Shown here: positions 40,560 through 51,792 of the stretch, in pieces
Numbering within the stretch: position 1 is the stretch's first letter
Layout of the letters: each line of letters opens with the position of its first letter
DNA from: Octopus vulgaris
Taxonomy: Eukaryota
Length of the DNA: 64,000 nucleotides
Direction of reading: 5' to 3'
Assembly: GCA_951406725.2 (NCBI GenBank)
Contig: OX597832.1
Location: 5,084,001 to 5,148,000 of the forward strand
Program-made: the position numbers and the translations under genes
The notes under the pieces: generated by a model
Told to the model about the DNA's origin: nothing
Seen by the model: the letters and a program-made list of their open reading frames with translations, nothing else
The model's database searches: none

Positions 40560-41610
40560 AATATATACATATACAAATCGGTGGCATGTAAAAGACCCCA
40601 TCTGAGTGTGCCTGTTACCAGCATCGCCTTACTGGCACCTGTGCCGGTGGCATGTGTAAAAGATTCGAACGAGGTCATTGCCAGTACCGCCTGACTGGTC
40701 CCGTGCCGGTGGCATGTAAAAGCACACACTACACTCTAAGAGTGGTTGGCGTTAGGAAGGGCATCCAGCTGTAGAAACTCTGCCTGATCAAGATTGAAGC
40801 CTGGTGCAGCCATCTGGCTCACCGGCCCTCATTCAAATCGTCCAACCCATGCTAGGATGGAAAGCGGATGTTAAACGACGACGATGATGATGATGATGAT
40901 ATATATACATATGTATATATTTGTATACATACATATATATATATATATATAATTTAAAAATAGGATAAAATCTTTATAAGAATTTATCAAGTAGTTAGTG
41001 TGAAAACCTCATAAGGGAAAAATTACTAATTATTCCCTTTAAATATATTTATTTACATTAAGGGCATTACTATACATAAATGCCTCATGCTAGGAGGGGC
41101 TCCTAAAGTCAAAACTACCATAATAAACACATTGTACCGAACGCGAGGGAGCAACTCTTGAAGTGAGCCTTTTAAAAACAGATTCAGCCGCAGATCAAAT
41201 TATTTCATAATTAGTGTGCAAAAATGCACTTTTTAATCATCAAGACATATAATCAAGACATTTAATCAAGACATATAAAAATGAACAAAGGCAATCAACA
41301 TACCAGACGAACACCAAATGTATCCAGCATAGCACATAGAACTGTTCACAATTATATATCTATGTAAGAGGTGGGCTTTTCAAATTGCATCACGGTACAC
41401 ATGTTTATTCAGAATAAAAATTCAGTACTGAATATATTCTGGATAAATTTACAATTTAAAAATACGATAAAATCTTTATAAGAATTTATCAAGTAGTTAG
41501 CGTGAAAACTCTCATAAGGGAAAAATTACTAATTATTCCCTTTAAATACATTTATTTATATTAAGGGCATTACTATACATAAGTGAAATCAAACAATGAT
41601 AAATCTCAAA

Positions 41611-41670
<60 letters not shown>

Positions 41671-41817
41671 TGTAGGAATACATAAACCTGGTGGAGAAGC
41701 ACACTCTAAGATGTAGAGCAGTTAATATTATAATGGGGAAAGCTGGTGTATGAAGTTACCCTGGGTTTCTTGTTCATAAATTAAAATATGTCAATCGTAA
41801 ACCTCCATTTTCTTTTC

Positions 41818-41850
<33 letters not shown>

Positions 41851-41977
41851 TATATGATATATATTAATATTTGTTTTTGTGTTGTGTTATAATAAAAGCA
41901 ATTTTACATTAATCTGATAGATTATTCTATACTTTTGTAGAGTTCAAATTTATTGTTTATGTAGAAGAATGTTGTTG

Positions 41978-42022
41978 ACAGTGACTTCGAAGATTCAGCC
42001 AATTAAGACATCATCAGACTGT
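41978..42022 (-). ncRNA. Type I hammerhead motif with GAAT core variant
   Basis: ACAGT CTGATGA t GTC ttaatt GGC t GAAT CTTCGAAG TC^ACTGT. Confidence 0.65.
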
Positions 42023-43039
42023 GATGCATTAGACCTAATCTTGCTTTTATATCATCTCTGTTGAGTTAAAATCATCTTTGGGTATGTGGCTTTGATTAAG
42101 GCAGTCGTTAGGTTTTTATGGTTAGTTATTATGAAAAAGAAAAAGTGTTTTGGAAAAGATTTTAACTGATTAAGTTTGGACTTATGTTACTGATTAGAAT
42201 TTATTCATACATGTAGAATTTTGTAAACAAGCCTTTTGGTGTGTCTCTTAGTTAGGCAGGCACAAGGTATTATAGTATTTTTGTTGCTTTTGGTATTATT
42301 GGATTTAATCCTTTTGCTATGACAGTGTGAAGACCAAAGGTAAAAACTAGTCTTTTCATGCAAGCACAAAATCTTCAAAACACTAAAACACTTTAAACCA
42401 ATAATCTTTACTAATAGCTAAACTTGGTAAAATCTCTCCAACTCCCCTCCATTCATCTTCACCATAAACTACTCCCATAAAATAAAATAAAATAAAATAA
42501 AAAAAACAATCTTATAGCTTTACACTTTTACCCTAAAAAATACTCTAGAAATTATCTAAAAGTTTCCCTATCTCCAACTAAAATCCCCACAAAGGGTTTT
42601 CTAATATAACTACACAAACCTACATACACACGCATAAAATGTATATTTGTATGCAAGCAAACTGGATGAACCTTTTCTTTTCTTTTTTTAATCAAATTAT
42701 ATTATATTTTTGTTCCCATTTTTATACATGAATACATTCACACCTTTTATATCAGCTCCACTTTAGCATATATCTAGAACAGAATTTGAAGAAATTTTAT
42801 AAACAAGCACCAAACAAACTCTACGTCCACAAAACAGGAAGTTCAGAATCCCTGTATACTAATGCAATTGCTTATAGAACAACGGATACTTAGAAAGAAA
42901 CTTATAAACATACAACCTTTACTGAAAGCACAAAGCACAAGAGAAACAACTTCCTATACTAACAAAGCCATGACATACCTGACTAATAACCCCCAACAAA
43001 TGACAAGAAATACCCTAAATAACAAGTGTGGGTAAAGAA

Positions 43040-44110
43040 ATGACCAGCCTAAACTATATCTGTTTGATGGACTCTCCTGTCAGTTTGACGTATGAGGATC
43101 TAACAACCTGCATTTTCTTTGTTAGTCATAATGCTTATGTCGAATGTGATACTTGAGTCCTGCCAATGATTTCAAAGCTGGCAGATGTTGCAAGTATGAG
43201 GATTATGGGTCACTGCAGGTGGTGTATTTGCAACCGCTTTTCTCCTTTGCCTTTCACCCCTAAGCCTGTTAATGCTGATTGAAACAAAGCCTCTCATACC
43301 ATCTTGACAATGACAATCCCCATTTTGTTCACTCCAAAGCTGTTTGCTATATTTTGCTATATTGACTGTTGAGAGGTTACTCTTCAGCTTGTCTTTATAT
43401 CTGAGCCATGGTCAACCAACATTCATGTGCCCACTATATATAAATGCTTCACAACCACATGGTTCTGGGTTCAGTTCCACTGTGGGTAAGTATCTTCTAC
43501 TATAGCCTCGGGCCAACCAAAGCTTTGTCAGTAGATTTGGTGTGCGTATGTGTGTGTGTGTGTGTTTATCCCCCACCACTGCTTGACAACCGGTGTTGGT
43601 GTGTTTATGCCCCTGTAACTTAGTGCTTTGGCAATAGAGACCAATAGAATATGTAGCAGGTTTAAAAAGACAAATAAGTACTAGGGTCAATTCATTCAAC
43701 TAAAAATTCTTCAAAGTGGTGCCCCTGCATGGCCGCAGTATCACAACTGAAACAAGTAATATGTGTGTCTGTGTGAATGTATGTATGTATGTATGTGTAT
43801 GTGTATGTAATAATGTGGGCTGACTGATACCAAAACAGCCAGTCAAACACATGCCAGCATGGAAACTAAACATAAATGATGATAACAATAAAGATGTATG
43901 TGTGTGTGCACTAACCCCTGTATGTACAGTGATTATTCTCTTACTGATGCTTTTGGGTGCATGTTTCATGACAGGTGGATGGGTGCTTAAATTTGGCATG
44001 TACATATGATGGGTTACTTTTAGGTTTCTTGAACAGATCTTGTGATTTGAACTTAGATTAAGTTGTGAAAATTTACTTCCATTCATGCTAAATTTGTTGA
44101 AAGTTGTATT
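43040..44110 (-). mobile_element. Highly degraded Penelope-like fragment interrupted by a SINE
   Basis: STHPPVMKHAPKSISKRI in ORF 43700-44128 resembles the PLE HPP..K.IP..I..RI motif. Confidence 0.45.
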
Positions 44111-44557
44111 CATCATCATCGTCATCATTTAATGTACATTTTCCATGCTGGCATGGGTTTGATGATTTGACATGAGCTGGCAGTTGTCTGCTTTGGCAAG
44201 GTTTCAACACCTGGATGCCTGCCCTAACACCAACCACTTTACAGAATGTGCTGGGTGCTTTTTGCATGACACCAGCACAGGTGCCACATTTTATATATAT
44301 AAGAGTGTTGTAGTTCGCTTGAAGCGTTGCAATATTGAAGAAGGTAAAAAAGAAAGTAGAAAGCTTCTGACAATGTGGAAAGTTTTATAAAACCTTTATA
44401 TTTCAGGTGCAAAGGCCCATCTTCAGGAGAAAAACTGTCTGAGAAATGTCCAGTCATTTAGGTTCCACTGGGCCTTTGTACCTGAAATATAAAACTTTCC
44501 GCATTGTCAGAAGCTCTCTATTTTCTCTAATTCTTACCTTCTTCGATATATATATGT

Positions 44558-47500
44558 ATCATCATCATCATCGTTTAACATCCGCTTTCCATGCTGGCAT
44601 GGGTTTGATGGTTTGACTGAGGTCTGTCAAACCAGTGGGCTGCACTAGGCTCCAATCTGATCTAGCAAAGTTTCTACAGCTGGATGCCCTTCCTAACGCC
44701 AACCACTCTGAGAGTGTAGTGGGTGCTTTTTATGTGCCACCAGCACAGGAGCCACTCAGGGAGCTCTGGTAATGATCATGTTCAAATAGTGCTTTTTACG
44801 TACCACTGGAACAGGAGTCAGTCAGGGAGCTCTGGCATATATATATACATTGAAGATGATTTCTTCTGACAGGACCCAATGAGAGGTGTGCTTGAGGATT
44901 CTGCTGCCACAACTCTCCCAGGAATAAGTCACGATTGGTTGGAGCTTTTAACGTGCCAGCGGCACGGGAGCCAGCCAAGGCGGGGCTGGCAACGTTCGGA
45001 TGGTCTTTTTATGTGCCACCGGCACAGGAGCCAGTGAGGGCGGCGCTGGCATCGGCCACGTTCGGATGGTGCTTTTTATGTGCCATCGGCACAGAAGCCA
45101 GTCGGGGCGGCGCTGGCATCGGCCACGTTCGGATAGTGCTTTTTATGTGCCACCGGTACAGGCATCAAAACTACTATTTCCATTGATATTTATTTCGACA
45201 TTCATGTTCATGTACTTGACTCAACAGGTCTCCTCAAGCACAGCGGGACGTTCTGGGATCCGGGGTACTTTGAATGGGCAGGGGCTATGCGGAACTGATG
45301 CAGGAAGCAGCCCGGGTCTTTGCAGTCACAGCATATCTCCAGAGATCTCGGTCCTTCGCCATTGCCTCAGTGAGGCCCAACGCTCTGAGGTCAACTTGAC
45401 TACCTCATCCCATGTCTTCCTGGGTCTACCTCTCCCCCTGATACCTTCAACTGTTTGGGAGTGGCACTTCTTCACACATCTCTCCTCATCCATCCGCAGC
45501 ACATGACCATACCATCGCAAGCGTCACTCTTGCACACCACATCTGATGCTTCTTATATCCAGCATTTCTCTCAGGGTGCTTACACTCTGTCGTGCATGCA
45601 CACTGACATTACACATCCAGCGAATCATGCTAGCTTCATTTCTTTCAAGTCTATGCATGTCCTCTGCAGTCACAGCCCATGTTTCACTACCGTGAAGCAT
45701 GGCAGTTCGCACGCATGCATCATACAATCTACCTTTCGCTCTGAGGGAGAGACCCTTTGTCACCAGTAGGGGTAGGAGCTTTCTGAACTTTGCCCAGGCT
45801 ATTCGTATTCTAGTGGTGATACTCTCTGTGCATCTACCTCCACTACTAACTTGGTCACCCAGGTAGCGGAAACTATCAACTACTTCTAGTTTCTCTCCCT
45901 GGAGTGTGATGGAATCTGTTTTCTGAGTGTCTGTGGTGTCTATTGTCCCTGTGCATCTGCCGCACATGAAAGCTATCTTATCTGTTAATTTCCCTTTAAT
46001 GTTGCTGCACCTCTTGTGCATCCATAGCTTACATTGGGTGCATCTTATGGAGTTTCTACCTACACCTTTCCTACAGATCGAGCAGGACCACCTGCCCGAG
46101 GGTGTGTGTGCTGAGTTCGCCTTTCTGCTTACTATAACTTTGGTCTTTGCTACATTTACTCTAAGGCCCTTTGATTCTAACCCTTGCTTCCACACCTGAA
46201 ATTTCTTTTCTAGTTCCGGTAGTGATTCTGCTATGAGAGCCAGGTCATCAGCATAGAGGAGCTCCCAGGGGCATCCTGTTTTGAATTCCTCTGTTATTGC
46301 CTGGAGGACTATGATGAATAAAAGGGGACTGAGGGCTGAGCCTTGGTGCACACCTACTTCTACCCGGAATTCTTCACTATATTCGTTGCCAATCCTAACC
46401 TTGCTGACAGCCTCTCTGTATAGAGCTTGTACAGCCCTTATTAGCCATTCGTCAATCTCCAGTTTCCGCATCGACCACCAGATAAGGGAACGGGGAACCC
46501 TGTCAAAGGCTTTCTCCAAGTCCACAAAAGCTATGTAGAGGGGTTTATCTTTAGCTAGGTACTTCTCCTGCAGTTGTCGGACCAGGAATATAGCATTAGT
46601 GGTGCTTCTACCCGGCACAAAACCGAACTGCATTTCATCTAAGCAAATTCTCTCCCTAATGAGATGGGTTATGACCCTCTCTGTGACCTTCATCACCTGA
46701 TCCAACAGTTTGATACCCCTGTAGTTATTTCTATCTAGAGCATCACCCTTACCCTTGTAGCAGTTGACTATGGTGCTGCTACGCCAGTCATTGGGTATGA
46801 CTCCATTATGAACTACCTGGTTTACAATGCAGGTGACTAGGCCATAGCCCACATAGCCAGCTGTTTTAAGCATCTCAGCAGTGATTTCTGATGGGTCGGG
46901 GGCTTTACCTGGTTTCATATCCTTAATTGCCTTAACTACAAGGGAGCTGTCTATTCGGGTAGCTGGTCCCTCTACTGGGTCAACATTTGGCAGGCTCTCC
47001 TCCTCCCATTCATTCTCCTCATTCAGCAGTCTTTCATAATGGCTTCTCCAAGCCTCTTTCTTTTCACTAACAGTAAAAGCAAGTGCCCCATCATCCATGC
47101 GGACACATTTCTCTCCTGTAACATCACTATTTTCTCTGACACACTGTCTAGCAATCCGAAATACCTCAGCTCTTTGGTCCTTGGCAAACTTCTTTTCTGC
47201 TACATCTTTGGCTATGTATACCTGCCGCCCAGCCTCCCTTTTGGCTACCTGGTACAGTTCCCTGCTGCCCCCATCCCTCCAGGCTTTCCAGGCCCATCTC
47301 TTTTCACTAATGGCTTTGTCTACTGCACTATTCCACCACCACGTAACTCTAGGTCTGGAAGGGACTTTGTACCATCCACAGACTCGGTCTGTGGCACTCA
47401 GCAAGCTGTCCCGTAGGAATTCCCAGCTACCTCCTATGTCTGACGTCTGAAGCTCCTCCTCCCTCTCATCAAATTTCTTGATGAGTATGTCCCTAAATCT

Positions 47501-48552
47501 CTGACCATGTGAAGGGTTCTTTAGCTTCCAAATCCTTCTTTTCTGGATTGGTTTGTTTCTTGGAGTCCTTCTGGCCTCAAGCTTAAAGTCACTGATGATT
47601 AGTCTATGCTGAGGGATACATTCTTCACCCGGGAGGGTCTTTGTATTCAAGAGCGACCCTGCATCCCACTGTCTGGTGAAGATGAAGTCTATTTGGCTAG
47701 CGGAGTCTCCTGACTGATAGGTTATAAGGTGGCAGTCAGGCTTCTTGAAGTTAGTGTTGCAGATTAAAAGGTTACATGCATCACAGAATTCCAGTAGTCT
47801 AGTTCCCTCATCATTTCTGGTGCCAATACCATGGCCACCGTGTACCCCAGTGAAGATACCCGATTCCCGCCCAACATGCCCATTAAAATCTCCACCCACA
47901 AAGATGAGGTCCTTACCACTAGTCTTTGAAGTAGCCTGTAGAAGGGTATCATAAAAGTGGTCCTTCTGATCATTTGGTAGTCCCGCTTGTGGGGCATAGG
48001 CAGAGATAATCGTAGCTGTGCCACTCTGTAGGACCAACCTGAGCTTAAGCACTCTATTGCAAACCCTGACAACCTCTATGACCTTATCCACCCATTTCTC
48101 CGCAAGGAGAATGCCTACACCCCCTACTCCTTCCATGTTACCTTACCAGAAGAGTTTGTACCTAAGTGCCTTGCCTGTGAGGATCCTAGCTGAAGCACCT
48201 CTCCATCTTACCTCTTGTATGCAGCATACATCAACCTGTCTTCTCTCAAGCATCTCTACAATCTCACTAGACCTACCTTTCAATGTACCAACATTGACAG
48301 TGCCAACTCTGAAAACTGGGAAAGAGATGTGGGGGGGAGGGGAGCAATTCAGCGCCTGAAAAGAAGAGGGTTGTTGTGGTGGTGATCGTTTTCGTGGCAT
48401 TTTTCTTCTGATCTCTCTTCCGACCTGACAACATTCAAGCATTTAGGCATGTTAAGATTGTGGACCCTGCCGTGGGCAGGAGCTGGTGTTAGCAGCATTG
48501 TAGGCATAAGCATTAAGGTCATTGATGATGTAGATGTGGCAGAAAGGCTGAA
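44558..48552 (-). mobile_element. Near full-length RTE-clade LINE, inactivated
   Basis: APE motifs (GTVNVGTL, CIQEVRW, GDFNGHVG, SQIDFI, QHRL) and RT motifs (QFGF, FVDLEKAFDRV, HQGSALSPLLF, YADD, FRYLG, GRGRPRKTW). The 3' UTR carries 67-bp repeats and ends in a (TGA)n tail, seen as (CAT)n on +. Confidence 0.95.
45330..48442 (-). pseudogene. RTE APE-RT polyprotein with C4HC3 PHD finger; two in-frame stops and a C-terminal frameshift
   Basis: ORFs 48143-48442 and 45524-48136 are in frame, separated by TAA (YKLFW*GN). TGA at 45524-45526 replaces Arg in E*RLRWYGH. The frame is lost after DEVVK. Confidence 0.9.
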
Positions 48553-49664
48553 ATATATATATATATAAAGTTAATCCAAACAAGAAAGCACAAAAAAAAA
48601 CACAACAACGCGAGGGCGTGGAACAAATATAGTATTATTGGACGCTCAGGAAAGAAGGAAAGAAGGAGGGTTTAACGTTTCGAGCGGAGCTCTTTGTTGG
48701 AAACATAGGAGAAGGAAAGATCCAGAGAAAGGAAGACAGAGGAAAAAAAATCGCCAACAGTACACATGCGGTCACATTTATATATATATATATAGTTATG
48801 GTATATTCTGTTAAGAATGTATTAGAGTACAATATAAATCTCATCCACCTTCAGATTTACCCTGTGCTATCCAGTATTAGTATTATACATACTTCCAGGT
48901 TTGCATTTGGGCATCCGTCATGTGTGAATAGATAATCGAAAAATTGGATTCTGGTACCAGAATCACCATCCCACTACATCTACATATCCAAAGCAGTTTG
49001 CTAATGGCCCTTCAGCAACAACATACCCTTTAAGCTCAGAGACCACTGGATTGAAAAGGATAACATATAAACATAGTGAACTGAGTTGGCTTTAGGGATT
49101 AGTCTCTGATTTATTTAGGGATAATAGTTAATGATGTGAAATTGGTTGCTGTTTGTAAATAATGATATGAAATATATTAACTTTTATCTTTTTTTTTTAT
49201 ATTTGTTTCAGTCATTGCTCTGTGGTCATGCTTGAGCACTCCTTTGAAGGGCCTAGTTTAACAAATTGACACCAGTGCTTCTTTTTTAAACCTGGTACTC
49301 ATTCTATTGCAAAATTGCTAAATTATGGGGATATAACAAACAAATACCGTTTGTCAAGCAGTAGTAGGGGACAAATACAAACACAGATACACACATGACA
49401 GGCTTCTTTCAGTTTCCATCTACAAAATCTACTTGCAAGGCTTTTAGTTGGTCCAGGGCTATAGTAGAAGACACTTGCCTAAGGTGCCACACTGAGGGAC
49501 TGACCCCAGAACCATGTGGTTGGGAAGAAAGCTTCTTATCACACAGCCATGCCTGAAACAAATTTTAAATCCTTGAACATTGTCTAACAGATTAACTATC
49601 TATCATATTGACTATTTTAAATACCTGTTTAATTCCTAAGGAAGTTTTCTTTGCTTTTTTGTAG

Positions 49665-49762
49665 CTGATATGAATATGACAAAGAAAAGTTTTAACTTTC
49701 CTGAGAAACATAAAATGCCACTTTATTTTGTATCTGCTGCCAATGGAACAAATGTAGTGAAG
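49665..49762 (+). CDS. RABL2: Internal coding exon of Rab-like protein 2 (RABL2 small GTPase)
   Basis: Polypyrimidine tract and acceptor ttttctttgcttttttgtag end at 49664; donor AAG|gtattt starts at 49763. The 98-nt exon starts in phase 1 and reads (A)DMNMTKKSFNFPEKHKMPLYFVSAANGTNVVK, which matches the recalled RABL2 segment DINVTQKSFNFAKKFSLPLYFVSAADGTNVVK (G5-box region). Confidence 0.93.
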
Positions 49763-50019
49763 GTATTTATACCTTGTTTTTTCTTTTTTCCTTTTTTTTT
49801 TGTAAGCTTGTATCTTTTATCTGTTTCACTTGTTAGACTGCAGCCATACTGGCACACCGCCTTGAAGAAATTTTAGTTGAATGAATCGACTCTAATATTC
49901 ATTTTCTTTTTTCAAACTTGGTACATATTCTGTCGGTCTCTTTTGCTGAACTGCTAAGTTATGGGGATGTAAACACACCAACACTAGTTATGAAGCAGTG
50001 GTAATGATACATATTAAGC

Positions 50020-50830
50020 ATACATTGAGTAAATATTTAACAGAAACCCATAATAATATTATAACATTTATTGACATAATGAATTATTTAACCACATGGG
50101 CACCATTTTGATAGATAACTTCAAAAACCCTATTAGTTATGGAGTCTGCCAATTCCTTAATAGTAGCAGGTTGGACTGCTTCTGCTACAGCTTTGATGGT
50201 CACCCATAAGACATCTTTCGATGTAAATTGGCCTCCATCAGCATAAACGTCTTGTTTAATGATGGACCAAAGATTTTCGATAGGGCTGAGATCCAGATAT
50301 GCGAGCGGCCTCACCATCAACTTTTCACCTAATATGCTGTAAGACCCTAGGAATTTTACGTGGTCCTAGCAGAGTGGGAGGGAGCATTGCCATGCATGAA
50401 TACAAGATTCCTTAGAAGTGACAGCAGTATGTCATCTAACCAGGGAGCCAAGACTTCCTTCAGGAGATTGCAGTAGGTGGTTGTGGTCACTTTAATTTCT
50501 TCAGCTATCCTGACTGGGCCAACATGTCTGTCCCCAGTGATACCAGCCTACAACATGTCTCCTCCACCCTCTTGTTGATGTTGTAAATGTTGGTGATGCT
50601 CATCTTCAAAACAGACCCAACCATTTGCCCAACTGTCAGGTTTGTCAAGGATGGCTCTGCTTTTGTCAGTGAATAGAATACAACTCATGTCTACTGTCAT
50701 GTTCTTTTGGGTTCAAACTCCTGTGAGGAGGCAGTTTCAAGGGTTCTTGCACGGAAGCCATGGTCCCAAGGATGCCATTTCTGGTGGTTTTTCAGTACAT
50801 GAAGAAGTCCAGAGGCACCACCTGGTCTAA
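50020..50830 (-). mobile_element. Tc1-like transposase remnant
   Basis: Encodes DLSPIENLWSIIK, MHGNAPSH and QQEGGG. Confidence 0.8.
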
Positions 50831-51549
50831 AACTGTGACCTTGCAATCATAAGTGCAATACCCTAACCACTAGGTTAATGATAATGATTTCAAATTTTGG
50901 CACAAGGCCAGCAATTTCGGGGTAAGTTGATTGCATTGAGCCCAGTACTCAACTGGTGTGGAAGCATGTGACTTAGTGGTTTGGTTAGGGTGTTGGACTC
51001 ATGGTTGTAAGATTGTGGTTTTGATTCCTGGACTGGGCAATATGTGTTCTTGAGCAAAGCATTTCATTTCACATTTCTCCAGTCCACTTAGCTGGCAAGA
51101 ATGAGTAATCCTGCAACAGACCAGCATCCTGTCCAGGTGAGGAATATATATGGCATGGAAACCAAGAAACAGGCCCTTATGAGTTGAGAAGGAAACTTCA
51201 CCTTTTTTTTTTGGCACTCAACTGGTACTTATTTTATTGACCTTGAGAGGATGAAAAGCAAAACTGATCTCAATGGAATTTGAACTCTGAATGTATGGAT
51301 GAATGAAATACCGCTAAGCACTTTGTCCAACATGCTAATGATTTTGCCAGCTCACCAAATAATAACAGTGGTTTCAAAATTTGGCACAAGGCCAGCAGTT
51401 TTTTTAGGGGGTAGGGGCAAGTCAGTTTCAGAGACCCCTGTGCTCAACTACTACTTATTGTATTTACTCTGAAAGGAGGCAAGGTAAAGTTGACCTTGGT
51501 GGAATTGGAACTTGGAATATAATGAGTAAGAAGAAATATAAAAAAAAAG

Positions 51550-51792
51550 TAAATGCGCCCTTTTAAAGCCTAGCCAGGCTCATGGGCCCGGTTTCTTTGG
51601 CTTATGGTTCCCCAGCTGGACAGGATGCCAGTCCATCGTAGCGTTATTCATTTTTGCCAGCTGAGTGGACTGGAGCGATGTGAAATGAAGTGCTTTGCTC
51701 AAGAACACAACGCGTCACCTGGTCCAGGAATCAAAACCACAATCTTACGATCATGATGCTGACACCCTAACCATTAAGCCACACGCCTCCAC
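51550..51792 (-). mobile_element. tRNA-derived SINE family C (V-domain-like)
   Basis: A box tggcttaatgg, B box and gatggactggcatcctgtccag. Relatives at ~50960(+), 59010(-), 54430(-) and 36068(+). Confidence 0.7.

Noticed and set aside
41965-42006. Possible terminal exon KNVVDSDFEDSAN* after gtag
   Set aside because: No recognisable homology; better explained as the reverse strand of a hammerhead motif.
49763-49876. C-terminal part of ORF 49670-49876
   Set aside because: Read-through past the splice donor into intron and SINE sequence.
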